Source of the DNA: Candidatus Aminicenantales bacterium
Lineage (GTDB): Bacteria; Acidobacteriota; Aminicenantia; Aminicenantales; Saccharicenantaceae
Direction of reading: 5' to 3'
Assembly (NCBI GenBank): GCA_049512315.1
Contig: JBEKXF010000014.1
Location: 11,702-75,701 of the forward strand
Length of the DNA: 64,000 nucleotides
The notes beneath the pieces are model-generated. The model ran no database searches. It was not told the DNA's origin and saw nothing but the letters and a program-made list of their open reading frames with translations. Positions 20,223-28,913 of the stretch are shown here, piece by piece; position 1 is the stretch's first letter, and the number at the start of each line of letters is the position of its first letter. Position numbers and translations under genes: made by a program.

Positions 20223-20618
20223 TTGGATAGCTTCGGAAATATCGACAGCAAATACAGGTTCATCATCCTGGCCTCCAAGCGCGCCAAGCAGCTTCTCAAG
20301 GGCGCCAAGCCCAAGATCAAGACCAAGTCGAGGAACCTGATCCGCATCGCCCAGACGGAAGTCCGGTCGGGCCTCATCGATTACGAGCTCATCCCGACCG
20401 GCAAGGACGAGATTCCGGACCAGGATGAGCACGCGTTCGTCGGCGCCGACATCGGCCCTGACGACATCGGCGAGCCCGAAGCCGCCGCCGGCAAGGAGAT
20501 CGCTGAAGGGGAGGCCGTGAAGGATGCCGGGGAAGTCGTCGAGGACGAGGATGCAGAGACCGAAGACGAGCCCGACGCGGAACTCGAGAACGGCCTGAAA
20601 GAAGACAAGGACGAATAG
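20223..20618 (+). CDS. rpoZ: RNA polymerase omega subunit with a long acidic tail
   Basis: IDSKYRFIILASKRAKQL...IAQTEV; TTG start at 20223 after GAGGAG. Confidence 0.9.
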   Translation: MDSFGNIDSKYRFIILASKRAKQLLKGAKPKIKTKSRNLIRIAQTEVRSGLIDYELIPTGKDEIPDQDEHAFVGADIGPDDIGEPEAAAGKEIAEGEAVKDAGEVVEDEDAETEDEPDAELENGLKEDKDE

Positions 20619-20633
20619 GACCGGGCCGCCCGG

Positions 20634-21164
20634 TCAATCGCCTTTGGCTCTCTCCCTTTCCTTTTCCCGCTCGATCATCTCGATGTAGTCCGTCTGGATG
20701 AAGTCCGCCCGTCCGAAACCCAGGGCTCGGGCGAAGCGGATGATCTCGTGGCGTTCACCCTCGAGCTCGAGGAAGGCGCCGACGGGCGTTTCGTCGAGGC
20801 AGATGACCAGGCGCCCTTTGCGGAAAAGGGTCCTGTGCTTCCGGTAGGAGAAGGTCGGCTGGAGACCGAGAGCCTTGAGGATTTTCCGGACCTGACCCGA
20901 GTCGCTGACGCCCGTCTCGAATTCCTCCCGGACCTTGAACGAGCGCGATTTCTGCGGGCTCCCTTTGAAGGTCAGAGTGGCCCGCTTTCCCGATGTCCTG
21001 AGCCGGAGGGCCCGGCGGCCGGACTTGAGCGTCCCGGCCGGGAAATCATAAAGGACGTTCTCTTCGAGGAGCCGGTCCCTCGTGACGGCAGCCCCCAGGG
21101 CCAGGAGCTTGTCCCGGACAGACTCGGGGTCCTGGATCCGGATCTTGACTTCGATCTCAACCAT
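20634..21164 (-). CDS. CYTH-domain protein (class IV adenylate cyclase-like)
   Basis: EIEVK (ExExK), LRLR, LTFKG, REEFET, YRKHR, LDETPVGAFLELEG. Confidence 0.9.
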   Translation of the reverse strand: MVEIEVKIRIQDPESVRDKLLALGAAVTRDRLLEENVLYDFPAGTLKSGRRALRLRTSGKRATLTFKGSPQKSRSFKVREEFETGVSDSGQVRKILKALGLQPTFSYRKHRTLFRKGRLVICLDETPVGAFLELEGERHEIIRFARALGFGRADFIQTDYIEMIEREKERERAKGD

Positions 21165-21214
21165 CGCTGCGGCTCCTCAGGGAAAGATCCCGTCTCCGGA
21201 TTTTCCGGCCGGAA

Positions 21215-22240
21215 TCAATGTTTCCTGTTCAGGACGAACCGGGTGAGCCGGGCCAGGGCCTGTTGAGGGCCGGAATCGGGGAAGCGACCGAGGATCCCCA
21301 TGGCCCTCTCCGAAAGCCCGCGGGCTTTGGCGCTCGTATAGGCCAGGGCCCCGCTCGCCGCGAGGATTTCCAGGAGCAAGCTCTTCTCGTCCCCGGAAAT
21401 GTCCTTGCGGCGGACAAGCCCGGCGATCCGGTCGCGATAGGGGCGGCCGTCGCTCCGCAAGGCGTGGATCAGCGGCAGGGTCACCCGGCCCTCGGCCAGG
21501 TCCGACAGGACCGGCTTGCCCAGGGCCTTCTCGTCCCCGGTAAAATCGAGGAGGTCGTCGACGACCTGGAAGCACAGGCCGAGGTTCCGGCCGAATTCCG
21601 CGACGGCGCCCTCCTCGTCGGGAGACGCCTGGCCGAGGACGGCTCCGATCCGGCAGCAGGCCGAGAACAGGACGGCCGTCTTCTTCTCGATGATGCCCAG
21701 GTATCGATCCTCGGTGATGCCTAGGTCGCCTCCGACGGCGTATTCGTCGAGCTCGCCTTCGATCATCAGCGTCGAAACGTCGGCCAGAAGCTGAATGATG
21801 CGGTCATGCTTCGACTGCAGGGACAGCCCGATCGATTTGATGTAGAGGTAATCGCCGAGGAGGACCGTGATGTTGGGCCCCCACTTCGCGTGGACGGATT
21901 CGGTCCCGCGGCGGAGGTCGGCCTTGTCGATGATGTCGTCGTGGATGAGGCTGGCCGTGTGGATGAGTTCGACGAGGGAAGCCAGGAAAACGGCCTCGTC
22001 GGCCCCCGGCTTGAACAGGCGGGAGGTGAGGAGGACGAGGGCGGGGCGCAGCCTCTTTCCCCGCTTCCTGAGGACGTAGCGGCTGACCTCGGCGGTCAAC
22101 GGGTTTTCGGAGCGCGACCAGCCCTCGAGCTGTCCCTCGACCTTGTCCAGGTCGGGCTTAATGTCCTTGAAAACGGCGGCCATTTCGTATCCTATCGATT
22201 CGGACATCCACCGGCCGGGGAGGGGATAGGGCGACGTCAT
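21215..22240 (-). CDS. Polyprenyl diphosphate synthase (start may be slightly downstream)
   Basis: GKRLRP, HTASLIHDDIID (first Asp-rich motif), KKTA, FQVVDDLLD (second Asp-rich motif). Confidence 0.95.
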   Translation of the reverse strand: MTSPYPLPGRWMSESIGYEMAAVFKDIKPDLDKVEGQLEGWSRSENPLTAEVSRYVLRKRGKRLRPALVLLTSRLFKPGADEAVFLASLVELIHTASLIHDDIIDKADLRRGTESVHAKWGPNITVLLGDYLYIKSIGLSLQSKHDRIIQLLADVSTLMIEGELDEYAVGGDLGITEDRYLGIIEKKTAVLFSACCRIGAVLGQASPDEEGAVAEFGRNLGLCFQVVDDLLDFTGDEKALGKPVLSDLAEGRVTLPLIHALRSDGRPYRDRIAGLVRRKDISGDEKSLLLEILAASGALAYTSAKARGLSERAMGILGRFPDSGPQQALARLTRFVLNRKH

Positions 22241-22728
22241 CGGTAGTTCATGAACTGCATGTGGATGCCCAGGTCCTGACCCTTGAGGAAGGTGATGACC
22301 TCTTGGAGAACGTCGATTTTCGGAGAGGAGACGCGGACCTCGTCTCCCTGGATGGCGACCTGGGCCTTGAGCTTGGCCCCCTTGACGAGCTTGACGATCT
22401 CGCGGGCCTTTTCGATCGGGATGCCGACCTGAAAGCTGACGACCTGCTTGACGGTCCTGTTCGCCCCGTCCTCGATCTTCCCGTAGGTGAGGGCCCGGAG
22501 GGGGACTTTCCTCTTGACGAGCTTCTCCTCGAGCGCCGTCCGCAGGGCTTTGACCTTGAAGTCGTCATCGGCGACGAGGGTCAGCTTGTCTTTCTCGAGG
22601 GTGATGTCCGCGCGGCTGTTCTTGAAGTCGAAGCGGTTCCGGATTTCCTTCAGGGTGATCTGGACGGCGTTGGTCACTTCCTGGAAGTCGATCCGGGAGA
22701 CGATGTCGAACGAATGATCCTGGGCCAT
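22237..22728 (-). CDS. yajQ: YajQ-family nucleotide / c-di-GMP-binding protein
   Basis: SFDIVS..QEVTNAV..EIRNRFDFK...IQGDEVRVS..LQEVI...QFMNYR. Confidence 0.95.
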   Translation of the reverse strand: MAQDHSFDIVSRIDFQEVTNAVQITLKEIRNRFDFKNSRADITLEKDKLTLVADDDFKVKALRTALEEKLVKRKVPLRALTYGKIEDGANRTVKQVVSFQVGIPIEKAREIVKLVKGAKLKAQVAIQGDEVRVSSPKIDVLQEVITFLKGQDLGIHMQFMNYR

Positions 22729-22740
22729 GGCGGCCCTATC

Positions 22741-23559
22741 TTAGCATTGACGGCCGCCTTTTTCAAACGGGAAGAGGCCGGCGAAATTGCGGGTCGTGGC
22801 CTCGGCCAGTTCCGGAGGAGGGATGCCCCGCAGCCCGGCCAGGAGCCTGGCCGTCTCGGCGACGAACGCCGGCTCGTTCCTCTTGACTTTTCCCCTGAAG
22901 GGGACGGGCGTGAGGTAGGGGGAATCGGTCTCGACCAGGAGCCGGTCGAGGGGGACTTTCTTCGCCACTTCCCGGAGATCGCCGGCCTTGGGAAAGGTCA
23001 GGATGCCCGAAAAAGAGATGAGGAAGCCCCGGTCGATCATCGCCCGGGCCGTGTCCCAATCCTCGGTGAAGCAGTGGAGGATCCCGCCGGCCGTGAAGCG
23101 CCCGGCGTCGACAGCGGCGATAATGTCCGGTCCCGAGAGACGGCTGTGGAGGATCGCCGGGAGGCCGAGCTCGCGGCCGATCTCGAGCTGCATCCGGAGG
23201 ACCTCCCGCTGGCGCTCGGGGGGAGAGAAGTTGTAGTGGTAATCGAGCCCGATCTCGCCGACGGCCCGGATCGCTCCTTTCGCCGCTTGGTCGCGGAGCT
23301 CCCGGAGGTGATCGTCGGTCATGTCCTTGGCCTGATGGGCGTGGACCCCGGCCGCGGCCAGGACCGACGGGAAAAGCTTCCCCAAATTGAGGATCGCGGG
23401 CAGGCTGCGGGGCTGGACCAGGTCCGCCGGACAAAGGATGGCGACGAGGCCCGCGGCGAAGGCCCGCCGGACGACATCCTCCCGGTCCGGGTCGAACTCC
23501 GGCATGTCGAGGTGGGCGTGGGAATCCACGAGCCGGGGAGGATGGGCGGCCGTTTGCAT
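22741..23559 (-). CDS. tatD: TatD-family deoxyribonuclease
   Basis: DSHAHL, GEIGLDY, LHSR, HCF, ETDSPYL.P.P.RGK.RNEP. Confidence 0.95.
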   Translation of the reverse strand: MQTAAHPPRLVDSHAHLDMPEFDPDREDVVRRAFAAGLVAILCPADLVQPRSLPAILNLGKLFPSVLAAAGVHAHQAKDMTDDHLRELRDQAAKGAIRAVGEIGLDYHYNFSPPERQREVLRMQLEIGRELGLPAILHSRLSGPDIIAAVDAGRFTAGGILHCFTEDWDTARAMIDRGFLISFSGILTFPKAGDLREVAKKVPLDRLLVETDSPYLTPVPFRGKVKRNEPAFVAETARLLAGLRGIPPPELAEATTRNFAGLFPFEKGGRQC

Positions 23560-23681
23560 CCCCGCCTCTACCTCCTTGAGATATGGGCAGAAAAACCCAT
23601 CACTCCTAAGAATCCGCTCCCGGCCGCCCCCCGGTTCTGGGGGCCTGATCCGTAAGGATCGATGATTGTCGGCCGCTCAGG

Positions 23682-25418
23682 TCACTGGGCGAGCTTGGTC
23701 TTCAGGGTCCGGAGCGGGAGGGCCCCGAAGCTCGTCAGCTTCTGGAGGAAGTCTTTTTGGGCGAAGGCGGCTCCCTTGAGCTTGGCGTAGTCTCTCCCGA
23801 GCTCCACGATCTCCTGATAGCCGATATAGGCCAGGGCCGCTTCCCCGGGGTTGAGGACAATATGGTTCCAGCGCGCCTCGGCTTCCGCCTGAGTCATGAA
23901 TCCGCCGCGCATCATGTAATCCACGACCTGTTCTTTGGTGTACGCGGCCTCATGGACGTTCATGTCCATCTGGAAGTCGATGACGTTCTTGAGCATGAGC
24001 TTGAGCTGGTTGAGCCTCATCCGGAGGTCGAAGTTGCCGAATCCGGACTGGATGAGCATGTCCTCGATATAGACCGGCCAACCCTTGAGGAGGGCTTGGT
24101 TGGCGGCCATCCTCTTGATGACCGAGGGGTCTTGCCGCGTGAAATAGGCGGGCACAAAGCTGCCCGGGTAGACCCTCTGGACGGTCATGAAGTCGATGTA
24201 GTAGTTGCTGTGCTCCTCGAGGAAGGACGAGACCTGATCGGCCGGCCAGTCCGACGGGATGGGTTGGACATAGAGCGTGCTGGGTCCCGAAGCCTCGAAG
24301 GCGCCGGGCCCGGCCAGCTGGAACCCTCCCCCCCCGGCCATGTAGGCCGGCATGGGCTCGATCTGGAGGTTCTCCTCGGGGAGGTCCAGGAGCTTGGCCT
24401 GCTGGATGAAACTCTTGATATTGGTCGCGGATTGGCTGATCCGGCCGACATACTCGTCCCGGCCCACGTGGTCCGTTTTGATCTTGTCGAAAACGCCCTG
24501 GATGACCGCCTTCCGCGTCGCTTCCTCACCCTTGGTCCGTCCGAGCTGTTCGATCTCCACGTCCGGATACATGATCTTGTAGAACGGGATGCAGACGAGG
24601 AACATGTCCCGGCGGATGTTGTTGTAGTCAGCCTTGGAACGGGCCACGATGTCCGCCGTGATCGATAGGTTGCCCTGGGTCAGGTAGCGGAGGATCTTGA
24701 CATGGGCCTCGCCGCCCCTGAAGTTGCCGTTCGACCGGGGCAGGAGCTCGTTCTGGAGGAATCTCTGGTAGTCCTCGAGCGCGGCCACGATCTTGGGCGT
24801 CTCCGCCAGAAGGCCGTTGCCCGAGCCGCCCAGCTTGGGGACATCGGTCCTGTAGAAGTCTATGATCCCCGGGACCTGCTTGATGGCCGCCTGGGTGTAT
24901 TCCTGGGGCGGGTTCTTCAGGTTGTCCTTGGCCTTCTTGATCAGCCCGGGAAGCAGCCTGGCCCGGGCTGCGGCGGCCGGAGCGCCGGGGTTCCTGACGA
25001 TCAGGGACCGAACGCTATTGACGAAGAGGTCGTTGTAATAGACGGGGTTGTCGATCAGGAAAAGGGAATTCTCGAGCCTCAGAACCTGGAGGTCCAGGAA
25101 ATCGCGCATGATCTCCTGCTCGATCTGCTTCTCCGGGGAGAGCTTGAACTTGTCGATCTTGGCCACGAGCTCCTGGTTGAAAACGTCCACGCTTTCCAGG
25201 AATTTCTCAATGGTCGCCTGGCTCAGGTCCTCGAGCTTGTCGTTGTACTTGGTGTAGCCTTGGAGGGTCCCGGCGGTCGGGAAGAGCTTGAAATAGGCAT
25301 CCCAGAACGTCTCCTGGAACTTGTTGAACTTGGCGTCTTCGGCGGTCTGGGCCAGAACGTTTCCGGCGGCGAACGCGAGGAACGCCACCATTGTCAGTGT
25401 CAAAACTGTCTTTTTCAT
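23682..25418 (-). CDS. DUF885-family secreted protein with a degenerate metallopeptidase motif
   Basis: Signal peptide MKKTVL after GGAGG; P..GT.QG..YND.LED, C-terminal GW..Y.E...LKL....ID..H...PG.A.AY.IG...G.LPL. Confidence 0.8.
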   Translation of the reverse strand: MKKTVLTLTMVAFLAFAAGNVLAQTAEDAKFNKFQETFWDAYFKLFPTAGTLQGYTKYNDKLEDLSQATIEKFLESVDVFNQELVAKIDKFKLSPEKQIEQEIMRDFLDLQVLRLENSLFLIDNPVYYNDLFVNSVRSLIVRNPGAPAAAARARLLPGLIKKAKDNLKNPPQEYTQAAIKQVPGIIDFYRTDVPKLGGSGNGLLAETPKIVAALEDYQRFLQNELLPRSNGNFRGGEAHVKILRYLTQGNLSITADIVARSKADYNNIRRDMFLVCIPFYKIMYPDVEIEQLGRTKGEEATRKAVIQGVFDKIKTDHVGRDEYVGRISQSATNIKSFIQQAKLLDLPEENLQIEPMPAYMAGGGGFQLAGPGAFEASGPSTLYVQPIPSDWPADQVSSFLEEHSNYYIDFMTVQRVYPGSFVPAYFTRQDPSVIKRMAANQALLKGWPVYIEDMLIQSGFGNFDLRMRLNQLKLMLKNVIDFQMDMNVHEAAYTKEQVVDYMMRGGFMTQAEAEARWNHIVLNPGEAALAYIGYQEIVELGRDYAKLKGAAFAQKDFLQKLTSFGALPLRTLKTKLAQ

Positions 25419-25526
25419 TCGCACCTCCTGCCGGCAATGGCAATCATTGCCGCACATCCTAGCATAATTCTTCCTTCCCTGACAATCCCCTTCATGACCC
25501 TCGATATATATGAAAGGAGTTGAACG

Positions 25527-26528
25527 CTACCACCGGATCAAGGCCGAAGCCCAGGTGTATCCCGAGCCGAACGACGTCAAGACAACGAGGTGCCCTTTCC
25601 GGATCCGGCCCTCCCGGACCGCCTCGTCGAGGGCGATGGGGATGGAGGCCGCGGTCGTGTTGCCGTACCGGTCGATGTTGCGGATGACCTTGTCCTCGGG
25701 GATCTTGAGTCCCTTGGCGACCATCAGAGAGATCCGATCGTTGGCCTGGTGGGGGATGAGGGCGTCGATGTCCCCGACCGAGAGGCCGTTCCGCTCGAGG
25801 CCGGTCCGGACGGCCTCGGGCATCCGCTCACAGGCGTTGACGAACACGTGCCGTCCGTCCATCGTTGGATAGAACTTCCCCTGGTCGAAAAACTCCCTCT
25901 GGAAGGTCGGGTTGTCGCCGGGGCACGGCTTTTCCATCCACAGCTTGGAGGCGAAGCGGCCGTCCGAGTACAGGTGGGTCGACAGGATCCCCCGCCCGTC
26001 CCCGGAGTCGTTGGGCTCGAGGATGACCGCCCCCGCGCCGTCGCCGAAGAGCACGGCCATGTCCCGGCCCTCGTCCGAGAAATCGAGGTTGGCCGATTGG
26101 ACCTCGGCGGCGACCAGAAGGATTCTTTTATAAGTTCCGGCCAGGATGAACTGGTCGGCGGCGGCCAGCGCATAGATGAAGCCGCTGCACTGGTCCCTCA
26201 CGTCCAGGGCGCCGATCGTTCCGAGGCCGAGCTTGGCCTGGACAAGGACGCCGATGCCCGGGAAGTAGTGATCGGGCGACAGCGTGGCGGCGACAATGAA
26301 ATCGATGTTCGACGGGTCGAGGCCGGCGTCTTCGATCGCCCGGCGCGCGGCCTCCACGGCCAGGTCCGAGGTGTTGACCCCCGGCTCGACATGATGGCGC
26401 GTCAGAATCCCGGTTCTCTGACGGATCCACTCGTCGGACGTGTCCATCTTTTTTTCGAGGTCCTGGTTGGTGACGACCCGGGGAGGGACGTAATGGCCGG
26501 TTCCCGTGACGACGGTTTTCCTGTCCAT
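25527..26528 (-). CDS. fabH: 3-oxoacyl-ACP synthase III
   Basis: DTSDEWI.QRTGI, QCSGF (Cys), FGDGAGA, PHQAN (His), YGNT (Asn), FGSGYTW. Confidence 0.95.
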   Translation of the reverse strand: MDRKTVVTGTGHYVPPRVVTNQDLEKKMDTSDEWIRQRTGILTRHHVEPGVNTSDLAVEAARRAIEDAGLDPSNIDFIVAATLSPDHYFPGIGVLVQAKLGLGTIGALDVRDQCSGFIYALAAADQFILAGTYKRILLVAAEVQSANLDFSDEGRDMAVLFGDGAGAVILEPNDSGDGRGILSTHLYSDGRFASKLWMEKPCPGDNPTFQREFFDQGKFYPTMDGRHVFVNACERMPEAVRTGLERNGLSVGDIDALIPHQANDRISLMVAKGLKIPEDKVIRNIDRYGNTTAASIPIALDEAVREGRIRKGHLVVLTSFGSGYTWASALIRW

Positions 26529-26588
26529 GGGCAATAACAATTATAAATGATGGGGCCGGAAAAATAAAGGAAAACCCCGGCCCGCCGG

Positions 26589-27563
26589 TCAGAGCAGGCC
26601 CTGCCGGACATACCAGTCGAGAGTCTCCCTCAGGCCTTCCTCGAGGGAAATCCGTGACTCGAAGCCCAGGGCCTCCCGGGCCTTGCGGACGTCGGCCACC
26701 CAGCCGTCCGGTTTCATGTCCTCATATTTCCCGAGGTTGAGGGCGGTCGCCCGCCCCCGCAGGCGTCCGACCCCGCCGGCGGCGGCGCAGACCAGGAAGG
26801 CGGCCCAGCCCGGGATCCGGACCCGGACGACCTTCCGTCCCAGGATGCGGGCCGCCGTTTCCCCCACTTCATCCCAGGTCGAAGGCTCGCTGCCGGCGAT
26901 GTTGACGATCTCGCCGCTCGGCACTCGGGTCCCGGCGGCGAGAAGGATCGCCCGGACGGCATCGCGCACGTGGAGGAGACTGAGGGACTTCTTCCCGCTT
27001 CCGTAGAGGGGGAGGAACCCGCTCCGGACATAGCGGAAGAACTCCAGGAAATCCTCGTCGCGCGGCCCATACACTGCGCCGGACCGGAGGATCACCAACG
27101 GAAAACGATCCCTGAACGCGAGCGCCTCCCGCTCGCCGCGGAGCTTGCTGATGCCGTAAGGGGATACGGGCCGGGGTGGGTCGTCTTCGCGGCTCGGCTT
27201 TCCCGGAGAGGACGGGCCTCCGGCCGCCAGGCTGCTGAAGATGACGACCCTCGGCGCCTCCGTCCGTCCGGCCAAGGCGCGAAAAAGGCTTGCCGTTCCG
27301 GCCTGGTTTACGGTATAATATTCGCTTGACTTGTGGGTTTTGGTCAAGCCGGCCAGGTGAAAGACGATGGACAGGCCGGACGGCAGCTCAGGGACTCTCG
27401 AAAGGTCGCCCTCGAGGAAGCGGACGCGTTCCCTCCCTTCGAGCCAACGGGCCTTCGCCGGGTTGCGGACTAGGGCATGAACTTCCGTGTCCGGGTCTTC
27501 GAGGAGCCGGTCGATGAGATGGCTTCCCACGAAGCCCGTCCCTCCGGTGACGAGGACCTTCAT
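26589..27563 (-). CDS. Extended SDR / NAD-dependent epimerase-reductase, resembling ceramide reductase (CerR)
   Basis: VTGGTGFVG, HLAGLTK, SSLAA, YGISK (YxxxK), VYGPRD; leaderless ATG at 27563. Confidence 0.85.
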   Translation of the reverse strand: MKVLVTGGTGFVGSHLIDRLLEDPDTEVHALVRNPAKARWLEGRERVRFLEGDLSRVPELPSGLSIVFHLAGLTKTHKSSEYYTVNQAGTASLFRALAGRTEAPRVVIFSSLAAGGPSSPGKPSREDDPPRPVSPYGISKLRGEREALAFRDRFPLVILRSGAVYGPRDEDFLEFFRYVRSGFLPLYGSGKKSLSLLHVRDAVRAILLAAGTRVPSGEIVNIAGSEPSTWDEVGETAARILGRKVVRVRIPGWAAFLVCAAAGGVGRLRGRATALNLGKYEDMKPDGWVADVRKAREALGFESRISLEEGLRETLDWYVRQGLL

Positions 27564-27570
27564 GGCCGGG

Positions 27571-27599
27571 ATTGTATGAGAATTGCCGCGGGCGGTCAA
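27571..27599 (-). promoter_or_regulatory. Sigma70-type promoter, leaderless
   Basis: TTGACC-N17-TACAAT with the ATG 7 nt downstream. Confidence 0.65.
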
Positions 27600-27673
27600 T
27601 GACGGCGGCGCGGACGGGAGGAAATCCTCGATGGGTTTCCCGATGAATGATGGAAAAGGAGATGGAGGAAACG

Positions 27674-28855
27674 ATGGATCTTTTTGATAAATGTCAGGAG
27701 TTCACCCGGGCCGACGAATACCAGGCGGCCGGCTTATACCCCTATTTCACGCCCATCCAGGAGGCGAAGGGGAACCGGATCAAGGTCAACGGCCGTCCCA
27801 TGATCATGGTCGGCTCCAACAACTACCTGGGGCTGGCCGACCATCCCAAGGTCAAGGAAGCGGCCAAGAAGGCCATCGACCGCTACGGCGTCGGGACCTG
27901 CGGCTCCCGGTTCCTGACGGGGACCATCGACCTCCACGTGGAGCTCGAGAACCGGCTGGCCAAGTTCATGAAAAAGGAAGCCGCGGTGACCTTCAGCACG
28001 GGCATGCAGACCAACTTCGGGATCATCTCGAGCATCGCCGGCAAGGGCGACGCCATCATCGGCGATCGGATGAACCACGCCAGCATCATCGACGCCTGCC
28101 GGCTGTCGTTCGCCGACGTCTACAAGTTCAAGCATAACGACATGCAGGACCTCGAGCGGCTCCTGGCCTCCCTGGGGCCCGACCTCGGCAAGCTCATCGT
28201 CGTCGACGGCGTTTTCAGCATGGAGGGCGACATCGCCGACCTGCCGGGCATCGTCTCCCTGGCAAAGAAATACAAGGCCCGGGTCATGGTCGACGACGCC
28301 CACGCCATCGGCGTCCTCGGGGCCCACGGCCGCGGCACGGCCGAGCACTTCGGCCTCGAAGGCGACGTGGACCTCATCATGGGCACGTTCAGCAAGACCT
28401 TCGCCTCGATCGGCGGCGTCGTCGTCGGCGAAGAGAAGGTCGTCTCCTACATCAAACACCACGCCCGGTCCATGATCTTCAGCGCCGCCGCGACGCCCGC
28501 TTCGGTGGCCTCGGTCCTGGCCATCCTGGCCATCCTCGAGACCCAGCCCGAGCTCCGCGCGCGGCTCTGGAAGATCACGACGAGGATGAGGACGAGCTAC
28601 CAGGCGATGGGCTATGACACGGGCCCTTCCCAGACGCCCATCATCCCCATCGTCATCGGCGACGACGAGAAGGGTTTCATGCTCTGGAAGCTCCTCCGGG
28701 ACGAGGGGATCTTCACGACGCCGATCATTTACCCGGCCGTGCCCCAGGGCCAGGCCATGATCCGGACGAGCTACGGCGCCGGCCACACGGACGAAGAGCT
28801 GGACGCGATCCTGGCCGCTTTCGAGAAATGCGGCAAGGCGCTGGGCATCATATGA
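27674..28855 (+). CDS. Alpha-oxoamine synthase family PLP enzyme, most like serine palmitoyltransferase
   Basis: GLYPYF, GSNNYLGL, GSRFLTGT.DLH, NHASIID, DGVFSMEGD, VDDAH, GTFSK (PLP Lys); GGAGG RBS before MDLFDKC; no bio genes nearby. Confidence 0.85.
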   Translation: MDLFDKCQEFTRADEYQAAGLYPYFTPIQEAKGNRIKVNGRPMIMVGSNNYLGLADHPKVKEAAKKAIDRYGVGTCGSRFLTGTIDLHVELENRLAKFMKKEAAVTFSTGMQTNFGIISSIAGKGDAIIGDRMNHASIIDACRLSFADVYKFKHNDMQDLERLLASLGPDLGKLIVVDGVFSMEGDIADLPGIVSLAKKYKARVMVDDAHAIGVLGAHGRGTAEHFGLEGDVDLIMGTFSKTFASIGGVVVGEEKVVSYIKHHARSMIFSAAATPASVASVLAILAILETQPELRARLWKITTRMRTSYQAMGYDTGPSQTPIIPIVIGDDEKGFMLWKLLRDEGIFTTPIIYPAVPQGQAMIRTSYGAGHTDEELDAILAAFEKCGKALGII

Positions 28856-28913
28856 CGCCGGCCCTGCCGGGTCCCCGGAAGCCCCCGGCCATCCCCAAGA
28901 GGACGCACCATCC

